Below are positions 28,664 through 38,838 of a stretch of DNA of 64,000 bases, one piece after another. Within the stretch, counting starts at the first letter, position 1; each line of letters starts with the position of its first letter. This DNA comes from Minisyncoccota bacterium. GTDB lineage: Bacteria > Patescibacteriota > Minisyncoccia > Phycocordibacterales > UBA6065. A program made the translations under genes and the position numbers. The DNA lies in assembly GCA_036400935.1 (NCBI GenBank), contig DASWWW010000005.1:21068-85067 (forward strand), read 5' to 3'. The notes below the pieces were generated by a model. The model ran no database searches. It was not told the DNA's origin and was given only the letters and a program-made list of their open reading frames with translations.

Positions 28664-29059
28664 TTATTTTAAACTTTTAACTACGCTTTCCAATATCGCC
28701 GTAATGGTGTGCGCGCCGACTACGATGATAGCTCCTATAATTGTGCCATAAAACGTGCTTTTTGCCTCCTCAAGCTTCGATTCGCTCCCCTGCGCGGTAA
28801 CGAACTTGAATCCTGACAGCAAAAGGAAGAAGGCCACGACGATATATCCGATCTGAATGACGGTATTCAGCAGATCCTTGTAGAGCGCCTCGAGGCTAGA
28901 TACCTTGAGCGGATTCTGAAGGGTCGACATGATCGGAGTCGAAGGGCCTGTCTGATTCGCCCGACCCTGAGTCGACTGGTTCGCATTACCCGGCTGGGCA
29001 AAGCTGAGCGCAGGGACCAGAAACGCGGCCAGTACGAACAATGGGATTAATCTTTTCAT
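28664..29059 (-). CDS. TrbC/VirB2-like pilin
   Basis: LQNPL, SGFKFVTAQG..KLEEAK..IIGA. Confidence 0.8.
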   Translation of the reverse strand: MKRLIPLFVLAAFLVPALSFAQPGNANQSTQGRANQTGPSTPIMSTLQNPLKVSSLEALYKDLLNTVIQIGYIVVAFFLLLSGFKFVTAQGSESKLEEAKSTFYGTIIGAIIVVGAHTITAILESVVKSLK

Positions 29060-29087
29060 GGGATAAGTATAGCGCAGATTATAAATT

Positions 29088-29624
29088 CTACCTCGGCGGC
29101 AAGATGTCGGTCTTCTTGAGGCCGCCAACGTTCTCGCCCAGGAGCTTGTCGAGCACAGTATAGACGAGGAGCCATCCAGCCATTATGAAGAATATGCCTA
29201 TAAGGATCGGAGTAAACATCCTCTTTGCGTCGGCGATGAGATTTACGTCCCCGCCGGCGGTCACATACTTGAATCCAGTGTACACGAGCATGCAGACTAC
29301 GATCGGCGAGACGAGCCAGAGAGCAAAATTTATGATCCTCTGGATAGTCAGGATAAGCTGGTCGAAGTCGCATTCGACGCTCCTTGGATCGACAGTCGGC
29401 TTGCCGTTGGCATCAGGAATGATCCTGCCCTGCTCGTCGCGCAAGTATTTTTGAACGCCGTCGCAGGACACGAGCTGGAAGCTGGTCTTGTCCGGAATCG
29501 ATCCCGTATCCTGATTCTTGGGATCCGACGAGCTGACCTGCGCCCCCGCGAACGCCGGCGCCGCAAATATCGCCATGAACACAAGAAACGCGCCGAACAT
29601 TGCTATTTTTTTGAAAATCATCAT
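29088..29624 (-). CDS. TrbC/VirB2-like pilin with a Cys-containing N-terminal domain
   Basis: LVSC..C.F..L, GFKYVTAGGD..AK. Confidence 0.8.
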   Translation of the reverse strand: MMIFKKIAMFGAFLVFMAIFAAPAFAGAQVSSSDPKNQDTGSIPDKTSFQLVSCDGVQKYLRDEQGRIIPDANGKPTVDPRSVECDFDQLILTIQRIINFALWLVSPIVVCMLVYTGFKYVTAGGDVNLIADAKRMFTPILIGIFFIMAGWLLVYTVLDKLLGENVGGLKKTDILPPR

Positions 29625-30919
29625 AGTGCGGTATTAGCGATCATCCTATCCATTTCGAGGGATGCGGCGCGAACAGCCTCGCTCACGCGCATCTTTCCCG
29701 ACGTGACGTTGTCAACCATGCGCATGAACGCCTCATTGGTGCCTTCCTTGTCAGGATCAAGCCACCCCTTCGCGATCAGCGCGCTCTGATAAAAGACAGA
29801 CTTGTAAGCATCGCTCGGCAAAGTCGCGAACATATCGCGGCGGACGGGCGGAAAGCCCGAGTATTCCGTCCAACGGGTCTGCAAGTCGAGGCCCGAGAGG
29901 TTCGTGGCCGCGATAAATGCCGCGGCTGGATTCGGGGACGCCTTTACGATAGCGATGGCATTCATCGAGCCGAAGGCAACCTTGTTGCCGGAAGCGCCCG
30001 ACGTCTGAGGAATGGCCGCTACGTCGAAGTTAAGGTTTGGGTTCGCAGCCCGGATGCTCGCAAGCTCGCTTGCCGAGCCGAAGTACACGGCGAGTTTTCC
30101 CGCCGCGAAAGCGGTCTTGTCGTTAGGCATAGAGCGGTTCCATGAATACGATGATTTGTTGGGATTAGAGAACTCGACGAAATAAGAGAGGGCCTGCTCG
30201 CTTGGGATGAGGCCTCCGGTCCCCTCATCAAATACGCTGACGATATTCCCCTGGCTATCGAACGAGACTATCGGGGTGCCCGCCTGGATAGACAGAAGTG
30301 CGATCATGTTTTTGGCATGGGTGACATTCCTCGTCTCGCCAAAGGCGATAAGTGCCTGCGAAATATTGCCTGCCCCATCCCTCTTTACGATCTTCGGAGC
30401 CATGGTAAAGAACTCAGTCCATGATGTCGGTGGACGGCTGTAGCCCTCATTAGTAAGGATATCCCTGTTCCAGTACATGACCAGAGGATCGACCGTGAAT
30501 GGAAAGCCGATAATACCGTCGGGCGCAAGGTACAGCTCACCCTCCTGGATGAACGAATCCTTAAACGTGCGCTCGGAGTAGTTCTCGAAAGGAACGATAT
30601 AGAACTTGTCGAGCTGCTTTACGATGAAATCCTGGGGCATGAGGATCATGTCCGGGCCCATGCCGCGTGCAAGCTGCGCTATCATTTCCGATTCGATAGT
30701 CGCGGGCGATTTCTGAACATAGGTTACCTTGAATGTTTTCTGGACATCGCTCTCGACAGACGAGAGGAATCCCGACACGACTTCGGATCTTAGCGTTCCC
30801 CACATGACGAGCTGTGGGACGTTGGAACCAGAGCCGCTTTTCGACAAAGCGAACGTCGCTATTCCCGCGACGCCAAGCAATACAACGATAGCCGAGAAGA
30901 TGATTTGAAATCGGGTCAT
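29621..30919 (-). CDS. Extracellular solute-binding protein (sugar-binding family 1)
   Basis: N-terminal anchor, GPDMI, PFTVDPLVMYWNRD, F.AGK.A.Y.G. Confidence 0.85.
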   Translation of the reverse strand: MTRFQIIFSAIVVLLGVAGIATFALSKSGSGSNVPQLVMWGTLRSEVVSGFLSSVESDVQKTFKVTYVQKSPATIESEMIAQLARGMGPDMILMPQDFIVKQLDKFYIVPFENYSERTFKDSFIQEGELYLAPDGIIGFPFTVDPLVMYWNRDILTNEGYSRPPTSWTEFFTMAPKIVKRDGAGNISQALIAFGETRNVTHAKNMIALLSIQAGTPIVSFDSQGNIVSVFDEGTGGLIPSEQALSYFVEFSNPNKSSYSWNRSMPNDKTAFAAGKLAVYFGSASELASIRAANPNLNFDVAAIPQTSGASGNKVAFGSMNAIAIVKASPNPAAAFIAATNLSGLDLQTRWTEYSGFPPVRRDMFATLPSDAYKSVFYQSALIAKGWLDPDKEGTNEAFMRMVDNVTSGKMRVSEAVRAASLEMDRMIANTAL

Positions 30920-30928
30920 TTTCTATGA

Positions 30929-31456
30929 TTATTTCTTGCGGAAAATTATACCATAGTGGTGCGCGCCAGCATGGATCTCCTTTTCATACGTAAAGCCGGC
31001 TGCCACGGCGAGCTTGTGGGCGTCGTCCTTGTATACGACATGGCCGTGATGCGGTCCCATGCCTGAAAATGAGGCAGACCAGTCGACGAGGAGCATCTTT
31101 CCGCCCGTCTTGAGCACGCGCCTGGCCTCGAGCAGGAACGATTTCTTGTCGTCGAGCATGAAAAGGATATTCGAGGCGATGACTGCGTCGCAGGACGCCT
31201 CGCGGATCTTCGAGCCGCCCAGTTTCTCGAGATCGCCCGACAAAACGTCGATATTCCGGAGGTGAAGCCTGTTCGCCTCCTTCTTGAGCCGGTCGAGCAT
31301 GTCGCGCTGGACATCTATCGCGTACACCTTGCCATGCGGAGCGACGACGCGAGCCGCCGCGAGCGTATAAAAGCCCGAACCCGCGCCCATATCCGCGACC
31401 ACCATCCCGTCCGACAAGCCGAACTGCGCAATATTATGATCTGGGTCTGAAAACAT
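30929..31456 (-). CDS. Class I SAM-dependent methyltransferase
   Basis: VADMGAGSG, VYAIDVQ, RVLKTGG. Confidence 0.9.
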   Translation of the reverse strand: MFSDPDHNIAQFGLSDGMVVADMGAGSGFYTLAAARVVAPHGKVYAIDVQRDMLDRLKKEANRLHLRNIDVLSGDLEKLGGSKIREASCDAVIASNILFMLDDKKSFLLEARRVLKTGGKMLLVDWSASFSGMGPHHGHVVYKDDAHKLAVAAGFTYEKEIHAGAHHYGIIFRKK

Positions 31457-31492
31457 GGAATAAGTATACACCCTTGCGCGACCCGTCGCCCG

Positions 31493-31543
31493 CATGCTAC
31501 AAATAGTATCCAGGACGAGCACTTCGAAAGGGCTCGTTTTCTC
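31493..31543 (+). promoter_or_regulatory. Duplicated promoter plus 5' hairpin, copy 1
   Basis: CATGCTACAAATA..AGGACGAGCACTTCGAAAGGGCTCGTTTTCTC. Confidence 0.75.
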
Positions 31544-31583
31544 TTTTCACGTCAGACAACCTCAATCCTGAAATACCACCAGA

Positions 31584-32339
31584 ATGGAAACGTCAGCTTC
31601 AACACCCACTCCCACCGTCGTGCAGGACAAGCAGAACGAGGAAAATGGCGGCATCATCAACCTGGACGGCCCGAGCGCTAGCGGCAAAGGCGCCACAAGC
31701 GAAGGCCTTGCCGCAGAACTCGGAATGATCATCCTCCCGTCAGGCGACCTGTATCGCACCGCCTCGCGGATGTTCGCGCTCGACAAGATCGATCACACGG
31801 ATACCATCGCGGCCAGCGACTACTTCGCGCAGAATGTCGAGCGGGTAAAGATCCGTGACGGCATCATCTTTCTCGACGGCATATGCGTCGGAGACGAGAT
31901 TCGGACCGAAGAGATCGACGAGCTGGTAAAGCACGTCTCGCGCATCCCGATGGTCCGCTCCTGCCTGCTGCCGATCCAGCGGGGCCAGATCAACAAGAAG
32001 GGCCTGATCGCCGAGGGACAGGACATGACGACCGTCGTCTTTCCCGAAGCCGATCTCAAGGTCTATCTCGACGCGCCGCTCGCGGTGCGAGCCTCCCGCC
32101 GATACAAACAACGCCGGAAGAAATTCGAAAAGCTGCCGCCCGGCCACGGCCAGAAAATGCAGACCTTCGAGGAAATCTATGACGGCTTGGCCGCTCGCGA
32201 CAAGGCCGACATGGAGAGAAAAGAGTCCGCGCTCCAGCAGACTCCGGAAATGCTCTACATCAACAGCCATCACAAGACGCTCGAACAGGTCGTCGGGGAA
32301 ATCCTCGCCGCCTGGAGAGCGCTTCTCGTCGCCGCCTAA
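31584..32339 (+). CDS. cmk: (d)CMP kinase
   Basis: DGPSASGKG, G.LYR, EG.D.TTVVFPEADLKVYLDA, RD.AD..R. Confidence 0.88.
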   Translation: METSASTPTPTVVQDKQNEENGGIINLDGPSASGKGATSEGLAAELGMIILPSGDLYRTASRMFALDKIDHTDTIAASDYFAQNVERVKIRDGIIFLDGICVGDEIRTEEIDELVKHVSRIPMVRSCLLPIQRGQINKKGLIAEGQDMTTVVFPEADLKVYLDAPLAVRASRRYKQRRKKFEKLPPGHGQKMQTFEEIYDGLAARDKADMERKESALQQTPEMLYINSHHKTLEQVVGEILAAWRALLVAA

Positions 32340-32374
32340 ACAAGGCGGCTTTTTTATTTGACTTCCTGCTGCCC

Positions 32375-32425
32375 CATGCTACAAATAATGCCTAGGACGA
32401 GCACTTCGAAAGGGCTCGTTTTCTC
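32375..32425 (+). promoter_or_regulatory. Duplicated promoter plus 5' hairpin, copy 2
   Basis: 32-nt core identical to 31512-31543. Confidence 0.75.
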
Positions 32426-32458
32426 GTTCAGCACACTAACGTTCGAAAATCGCAGCAC

Positions 32459-33049
32459 ATGAAATCAAGGACAAAACCGCCATTCGCTACTCCGCCCGGT
32501 TCATTCATGGCCACGCCTTTGACGCTCAATCAGGTCGAGGCGCCGGCATCCCCGCCGGCATCCCCGCCGGAAACAGTCGTGCCAGAGCTGGTCCTCGCTG
32601 CTCTCGATCCCGAGTTCGTCACCCCGCACGGGCGGACGAGGATTCCGAGCCAGGACCGCGAGATCCGCGTCAGCCAGGGCGATTTCGGCTCCGCCGTCGT
32701 CGACCTCTGCGAGGAATGCGGCGTAAGCATGGGTGACGAGGCGGCCGTGAGCCGGGTGCTCGGCGAGCACCAGCAGGGCCTGAAACTGCACAAGGGCCGC
32801 GTCATCATGAACGGCCGCTACGTGTTCCCGCCGCTTACGCAGCACCTCGACCGTCCGGACTTCCGGCTGAGAGTCGCGGCCGTCACCAATTACCGTTTCG
32901 TCCGCGAGGTCATGGTCAGCCTCTTCTGCTCGTGGGCCCGCGACTTCTCACGCGCGGTCTTCGTCACCAGGTATCCCGAAGCCCTTCAGGATCTGTTCCG
33001 GGCCGAGTGCCAGAAGCAGAATCTGATTTTCAAGCTTGCCGGCGCCTAA
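32459..33049 (+). CDS. Degenerate Cmk-like paralogue lacking the P-loop
   Basis: SQGDF..GRVIMNG..VAAVTNYRFVRE aligns by eye with the Cmk NMP-binding region. Confidence 0.55.
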   Translation: MKSRTKPPFATPPGSFMATPLTLNQVEAPASPPASPPETVVPELVLAALDPEFVTPHGRTRIPSQDREIRVSQGDFGSAVVDLCEECGVSMGDEAAVSRVLGEHQQGLKLHKGRVIMNGRYVFPPLTQHLDRPDFRLRVAAVTNYRFVREVMVSLFCSWARDFSRAVFVTRYPEALQDLFRAECQKQNLIFKLAGA

Positions 33050-33072
33050 TAGGCGCAATGCGGCAAGAAAGC

Positions 33073-33102
33073 AAAACCGCCCTCACGTGAGGGCGGTTTT
33101 TT
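33073..33102. terminator. Bidirectional terminator
   Basis: AAAACCGCCCTC-ACGT-GAGGGCGGTTTTTT. Confidence 0.8.
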
Positions 33103-33112
33103 CATTCTAAAT

Positions 33113-35581
33113 TTACAAGCAGACTACCGACGCGAGCGAATCCCCTTCGCGAAGCTTCATGACGCGCACGCCCTGTGTCTGGCGACCAAGCGTCGGAATC
33201 TCATTGAGCTCGACGCGAACGACCTGCGACTTCTTGGACATAGCCACGAGCTCGCTGTCCTCCTCGGTAATGACCTTGGCCGAGATAACCGGGCCGGTCT
33301 TGTCGGTAACCTTCATGGTGAGGATTCCGGAACCGCCGCGGTTTTGAGTCTTGTACTCGTCGGCGTTCGTAGTCTTGCCGTAGCCGTGCTTCGAGATGAC
33401 CATGATGCGGGCGCCCTTGGCGTCCTTCTTGATCACGTCCGACGATACTACGTAGTCGCCCTTGGCGAGGTTCACGCCGCGCACGCCCATAGCGGAGCGT
33501 CCCATCTCGCGGACATCCGCCTCCTCGAATCGGATCGACTGACCTTCAGCCGTAATGATAGACATGTCGTCGCCCTTTGATACGAACGATACCGACATCA
33601 ATTCGTCGCCAGCTTCGAGCGTGATTGCGATCAATCCCGATCGGCGCACGTCGTGGAAGCTCTCGGCCTTGACCTTCTTGGCCGTTCCGAGCTTCGTGAC
33701 CATCATGAGCGACAATGCCTCCTGCTTCTTGGACTCCTTTGGCATAGGAAGGATCGAGGTGACCTTCTCGTTGTCGGCGAGCGACAGGAAGTTCACGAGA
33801 GCCTTGCCCTTTGTGGCGCGCTTTCCTTCTGGAAGCTCGTACATCTTGATCTGGTACGCCTTGCCCTTGTCGGTAAAGAAGAGGATGTCCGAATGGGTCG
33901 TAGTCGTGACGAGATTCACGACGAAATCCTCCTCCTTGGTATCGAGGTCGATCACGCCGACGCCACCGCGCTTCTGCTTGCGGTACTCGTCTGGCATAGT
34001 GCGCTTCACGTAGCCGCCCTGAGTGAGGACAAGCACGTTCTCGACGTCTGGGATGAGGTCCTCGTCGGAAATCACCTTGGCGCCGTGCTTGATGACCTTG
34101 GTGGCACGCTCGTCGCCGTACTTCTCCATGATCTCGCCGATCTCCTTCTTGATCACGCCGAGGATCTTCTTTGGCGAGGCGAGGAGCCCCTTCAATTCTG
34201 CGATGAGGGCCTGGATCTCCTTCAATTCGTCCTCGATCTTCTGGCGCTCGAGAGCCGCGAGTTTCTGGAGTCGCATGTCGAGGATAGCCTGTGCCTGGAG
34301 GGCTGAGAATTTGAAGGTCTTCATGAGGCCGTTCTTCGCGTCCTCAACCGACGAAGACTTGCGGATAAGCTTGATGATCTCGTCGATATGATCGAGAGCC
34401 TTCTTGAGTCCGATGAGGATGTGCTCGCGGGCCTCTGCGATGCGGAGGTCGTATGCCGTCCGGCGCTTTACCACCTCGACGCGGTGCTCGATGAAGTGCT
34501 CGAGGATCGACTTGAGCGAGAGGGTTTCTGGGCGGCCCTTTACCAGGGCGACCATGTTCAAGTGGAACATGCCCTCAAGCTGCGTATGCTTGTATAGGAA
34601 ATTGAGGACCTTCTGAGGATGCGCGCCCTGCTTGAGGTCGATGACGATACGGATATCCTTTGCAGACTCGTCGCGCAGGCCCTTGATGCCTTCGAGCTTC
34701 TTCTCGCGGACGAGGTCTGCGATAGCGACGATAAGGTCGGCCTTTACCACGCGGTAAGGGATCGACGTGATGACGATCTGGAACTGGCCCGCTTTGTTCT
34801 CGACGATCTCGGCGTCGCCGCGGCAAAGGATGCCTCCGCGTCCTGTCGAGTACGCGTGCGCGACGTCCTTCTCGCCGTAAATGGTGCCTCCTGTCGGGAA
34901 GTCTGGGCCCTTGATGAACTGGAGGAGATCCTCGGTCGTGGCCTCAGGGTTCTCGATCAGGTGCGAAGTGGCATTGAGGACCTCGTTGAGGTTGTGAGGC
35001 GGAATGTTGGTCGCCATACCGACGGCGATACCAAGCGTTCCATTCAAAAGGAGGTTCGGGACGGCTGTCGGAAGGACTGAAGGCTCCTTGCGGGTGTTGT
35101 CGTAGTTCGGTCGGAAGTCGACAGTCTCCTTTTCGAGGTCGCGAAGGAGCTCGCCTGCCACTTTCGACATCTTTGCCTCGGTATATCGGTACGCTGCGGC
35201 GCCGTCTCCGTCGATCGAGCCGAAGTTACCCTGGCCGATGACGAGCGGATAGCGCATGGAGAAATCCTGGGCCATCTTTACCATCGCCTCGTATACGGAC
35301 GCATCTCCGTGAGGATGGTACTTGCCGAGCACGTCTCCCACGATGGTCGCGGACTTCTTGGTCTTTGCCGACGCCGTAAGGCCGATATCGTGCATCGCGT
35401 AGAGGATGCGGCGGTGTACCGGCTTCAATCCGTCGCGGACGTCCGGCAGGGCTCGGGCGGTGATAACCGACATGGCATAGTCGAGATACGAATCTCGCAT
35501 CTCGGTTACGATAGATCGGCCAACGATGCCTCGTTCTTCAAAAGGCAATTTCGGCTCTGGCGGGGTATTTTTCGGGCTCAT
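33113..35581 (-). CDS. gyrA: DNA gyrase subunit A
   Basis: [28 protein letters not shown], GyrA box QKRGGVG. Confidence 0.98.
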   Translation of the reverse strand: MSPKNTPPEPKLPFEERGIVGRSIVTEMRDSYLDYAMSVITARALPDVRDGLKPVHRRILYAMHDIGLTASAKTKKSATIVGDVLGKYHPHGDASVYEAMVKMAQDFSMRYPLVIGQGNFGSIDGDGAAAYRYTEAKMSKVAGELLRDLEKETVDFRPNYDNTRKEPSVLPTAVPNLLLNGTLGIAVGMATNIPPHNLNEVLNATSHLIENPEATTEDLLQFIKGPDFPTGGTIYGEKDVAHAYSTGRGGILCRGDAEIVENKAGQFQIVITSIPYRVVKADLIVAIADLVREKKLEGIKGLRDESAKDIRIVIDLKQGAHPQKVLNFLYKHTQLEGMFHLNMVALVKGRPETLSLKSILEHFIEHRVEVVKRRTAYDLRIAEAREHILIGLKKALDHIDEIIKLIRKSSSVEDAKNGLMKTFKFSALQAQAILDMRLQKLAALERQKIEDELKEIQALIAELKGLLASPKKILGVIKKEIGEIMEKYGDERATKVIKHGAKVISDEDLIPDVENVLVLTQGGYVKRTMPDEYRKQKRGGVGVIDLDTKEEDFVVNLVTTTTHSDILFFTDKGKAYQIKMYELPEGKRATKGKALVNFLSLADNEKVTSILPMPKESKKQEALSLMMVTKLGTAKKVKAESFHDVRRSGLIAITLEAGDELMSVSFVSKGDDMSIITAEGQSIRFEEADVREMGRSAMGVRGVNLAKGDYVVSSDVIKKDAKGARIMVISKHGYGKTTNADEYKTQNRGGSGILTMKVTDKTGPVISAKVITEEDSELVAMSKKSQVVRVELNEIPTLGRQTQGVRVMKLREGDSLASVVCL

Positions 35582-35656
35582 TAAAGGGTAATTTCGCTGC
35601 TAAATATATGTCAAATATAGCATTTTTGGGCCTTGGCAAGTAGTTGACAACCGGCC

Positions 35657-36016
35657 TTATATCTCTTGAGATTCTGAAGTAGTTCCTATTTCCACCTCTT
35701 GCATCTCGTGCTGAACAGTCTCCTTAAATGCCTCGAAAGCCTCCGTGGTACTCGCGATCGGGGCGACGAACGATGTTGTGAATATATCGCTCACGCGATC
35801 GACAAGGCCGCCAAACGTCTGGCTTAGGGTCGGCACGTCCCTTCTGCCGGCAGTCTTTGTGCCGGAGACGGATTCCGTACTTGCATAATAAATCAGCGAT
35901 GTGGCGATAATCCAAACCACGGCAATACCGAGAGTCGAGTAGAGAGATATGCGAAAGGCGGCCTTGCGTCTCACGGCCTCAGGCTGCCTTCGCAGATTTT
36001 CAAAGTATTGGAGCAT
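35657..36016 (-). CDS. Hypothetical single-TM protein
   Basis: MLQYFENLRRQPE..TM helix. Confidence 0.7.
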   Translation of the reverse strand: MLQYFENLRRQPEAVRRKAAFRISLYSTLGIAVVWIIATSLIYYASTESVSGTKTAGRRDVPTLSQTFGGLVDRVSDIFTTSFVAPIASTTEAFEAFKETVQHEMQEVEIGTTSESQEI

Positions 36017-36045
36017 ATTTGTTTCCGATATGCGGAAAGCGATTC

Positions 36046-36675
36046 TTACGCCGCAGGTTCGAGGACAACGACGTCCGCATCCTTCCCTTCCAGATCCTTC
36101 TTCTTGAGAGTAAGTTTGTCTACCGGCTTTACCGATTCCTCGCCAGCCTCCTTGAGGAATGCCTTGAGAGCCGCATTGTCGCCCCAATAGAGAGGAACGA
36201 TGAGCTTTGGCTCGAGCTTTACGGCGAGCTTCGCGGCGTCGCTCGGAGCGAGGGTTCCAGCGGCGCCCACAGGTACGAAGAGCACGTCGATGGTCTCGAT
36301 CTCCTCGTTTGCGGCGTCAGGAATCTCCTTTGTCGAGATCGCGCCGAGGAAGCAGAGGTTCATGTTCTCGAGGCTGACCGTATATATCGTGTTCAATCGG
36401 GGCTCGCCTCCGTAATTGGAGTCGGACTTGAAGCCCTTGATGAAGACGTCCTTGATCTCGTACTCGCCCGGGCCGGTTACCGCGAAAGCGTTCTTCTCGC
36501 CGAAAGACACCTGCTCGACGCCGTTGAAGTCAGCATGATTGACCGACACCAAAGCGATGTCCGCGCCGAATCGCGAGCTCTTGAGCTTCGAGTCTTTGGA
36601 AATAGGATTGACCGCGATCGTAATGTCGCCGAACTGAACTTTCACGAATGCCCCGCCTTGATATGTGATTACCAT
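36046..36675 (-). CDS. MBL-fold metallo-hydrolase-like protein (degenerate metal motifs)
   Basis: ITYQG, ADIALVSVNHADF, GPGEYEI, DVLFVPVG, LEPKLIVPL. Confidence 0.8.
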   Translation of the reverse strand: MVITYQGGAFVKVQFGDITIAVNPISKDSKLKSSRFGADIALVSVNHADFNGVEQVSFGEKNAFAVTGPGEYEIKDVFIKGFKSDSNYGGEPRLNTIYTVSLENMNLCFLGAISTKEIPDAANEEIETIDVLFVPVGAAGTLAPSDAAKLAVKLEPKLIVPLYWGDNAALKAFLKEAGEESVKPVDKLTLKKKDLEGKDADVVVLEPAA

Positions 36676-36741
36676 AATGAAGAGAGTATATACGAATGCT
36701 ACGCATAAAAAAAGCCCGCACATTAAGTGCGAGCCCAGGAA

Positions 36742-37329
36742 TCAAGACTTCGGGAAACGGGCAATGCAGTCGCTGCTGGACGCCTCCCAGTGCAAGCCAC
36801 GCCACCGGATGTTTACCTTGCCGCGATACGTGGTCATGACTGGCGCGAAGTAAGTGGAAAGGCCCCTGCGCACGGCAGATTTTAGGCCCCATACGCTTCT
36901 ATCTCCGAGAACCTTTGCGAACTCGTGCCAATAGCCTTTGCGAATCGCCTGGAGATCGCTCAGCCCCAAGCTTCCCGCAAGCTGACCCGCCGCTTTCAAG
37001 CCTTCATACCAGACCTGAATGCCCCCGGCTTCGCCTCGCGGCGAAAAAGTCACCTTGGTGAAATCAAACTCATCCGGGCCATCAGATTCGAGGTCCATGT
37101 GCAGGACCTCCTTCACCCAAGTCTGATATACGGGGCGCTTGCTTCGATCGACACGCATGACAGTAGCGTCGCCACGGATTCCAGGCGGCGAATATGTCGG
37201 CCGAGGATCAGAGGCATCGACAACCTTGAGCCTGCCACTCAAGATTCCTTCGACTCCCTCCTTGCCGCCGACTTTTACGACAAGCCGCCTGACCAATTCA
37301 AGTTCCTGTACGGTTTTCTGTATATCCAT
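36742..37329 (-). CDS. Hypothetical protein
   Basis: 195-aa ORF with its own upstream AT-rich region. Confidence 0.65.
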   Translation of the reverse strand: MDIQKTVQELELVRRLVVKVGGKEGVEGILSGRLKVVDASDPRPTYSPPGIRGDATVMRVDRSKRPVYQTWVKEVLHMDLESDGPDEFDFTKVTFSPRGEAGGIQVWYEGLKAAGQLAGSLGLSDLQAIRKGYWHEFAKVLGDRSVWGLKSAVRRGLSTYFAPVMTTYRGKVNIRWRGLHWEASSSDCIARFPKS

Positions 37330-37583
37330 AAGCAGAAAGCCTCGATTTCCAAGGTTTTTTGCTTATGGACATACAAATCCTCAATGAACAGACTATTTCT
37401 GGATTATGCATCATTTATTCAATATGTAAAGAGCAATCAGCTTGTAAACCCTTATTTTTGTGCTAGTATCTACCCCGCTGGCCTCACGGCTGGCTTTATC
37501 AGAAAAACCCTCGAAATTAGCCCTCTCCCACGCATACGGCCACGAGCAACAGGCGGAGAGAAATTTCAGGCCTTTTTCATATC

Positions 37584-38741
37584 ATGTCAACAGAAGCAAA
37601 GACCCCAAAGGTCAAGAAGGAAGTAAAGAAGTCAGAGGCCGTCTTGGCCGCTGAGGCAGAGGCGAAAGCGAAGCACGCTACGCCTATGGGCAAGATGCTC
37701 AACGATACGGCAACCCCTCCAAACGCAGGAGACCTTATCGAGGGCACCGTTATCGCTATCGACAAGAAGGGCGTCTTCATCGACCTCCCTCCGTTCGGTA
37801 CCGGTATCATCTACGGCCGCGAGTACATCATCGCGCGCGACGTAATCAAGAAGATCAACATCGGCGACAAGGTCGCCGCGAAGGTCGTCGAGGCCTCTAA
37901 CAAGGACGGCTATATCGAGCTCTCTCTCAAGGAGGCGCGACAGGCCCTCATCTGGACCGAGGCAGAGGCGGCTATCGTCGCAAAGACCGTGCTCGAGCTC
38001 CCTATCAAGGAAGCAAACAAGGGCGGACTCATCATCGAGTGGCAGGGCATCCAGGGCTTCCTCCCTGCTTCCCAGCTCAAGCCTGAGCACTACCCACGAG
38101 TTCAGGACGGCGACAAGGATTCTATCCTCGCCGAATTGAAGAAACTCGTCGGCACAAAGCTCGCCGTGTCTATCATCGGCGCTTTCCCTAAGGAGGGTAA
38201 GCTCATCTTCTCTGAGAAGAACTCAGTAGAGGGCAAGGACAAGGCCGTAGCAGTAGCAAAGTTCAAGGTCGGAGACGAAGTCGAGGGCAAGGTTACCGGA
38301 ATGGTAGACTTCGGCGTCTTCGTAAAGATCGATGAGGGCCTCGAAGGCCTCGTCCACATCTCCGAGATCGATTGGGCTCTCGTTGAGGATCCAAAGACTC
38401 GATTCAAGGTCGGCGACAAGGTCATGGTAAAGGTTATCGAGGTCAAGGAAGGAAAGGTCTCCCTTTCCATCAAGGCTCTCAAGCCTAATCCATGGGTAGA
38501 GGCTGGCAAGAAGTACAAGAAGGACCAGGTCGTAAAGGGCGTGGTCATCAAGTTCAACCGCCACGGCGCTCTCGCATCGATCGAGGAAGGCATCGCAGGA
38601 CTCGTTCACGTCTCTGAGTTCGGATCGGACGAGAAGCTCCGCGCGAACCTCGAGCTCGGCAAGGTCTACTCGTTCAAGATCTCACTCTTCGACGCAGGAA
38701 ACCAGAAAATGACATTGTCATTCGCCGGCGACAAGAAATAA
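37584..38741 (+). CDS. rpsA: 30S ribosomal protein S1-like protein (multiple S1 domains)
   Basis: GFLPASQL, FGVFV..EGLVHISEI, GLVHVSE repeats. Confidence 0.9.
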   Translation: MSTEAKTPKVKKEVKKSEAVLAAEAEAKAKHATPMGKMLNDTATPPNAGDLIEGTVIAIDKKGVFIDLPPFGTGIIYGREYIIARDVIKKINIGDKVAAKVVEASNKDGYIELSLKEARQALIWTEAEAAIVAKTVLELPIKEANKGGLIIEWQGIQGFLPASQLKPEHYPRVQDGDKDSILAELKKLVGTKLAVSIIGAFPKEGKLIFSEKNSVEGKDKAVAVAKFKVGDEVEGKVTGMVDFGVFVKIDEGLEGLVHISEIDWALVEDPKTRFKVGDKVMVKVIEVKEGKVSLSIKALKPNPWVEAGKKYKKDQVVKGVVIKFNRHGALASIEEGIAGLVHVSEFGSDEKLRANLELGKVYSFKISLFDAGNQKMTLSFAGDKK

Positions 38742-38744
38742 AAT

Positions 38745-38807
38745 CAAACAAAAAGACCGTTCGCACGTCCAAGTGGGGGAAGGACTAACGAACGGTCTTT
38801 TTGTTTG
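38745..38807 (+). terminator. Long hairpin after rpsA
   Basis: 19-bp inverted repeat CAAACAAAAAGACCGTTCG/CGAACGGTCTTTTTGTTTG. Confidence 0.7.
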
Positions 38808-38838
38808 ACTAAAACTGGCCCGAGAGTACTATCTTGGT

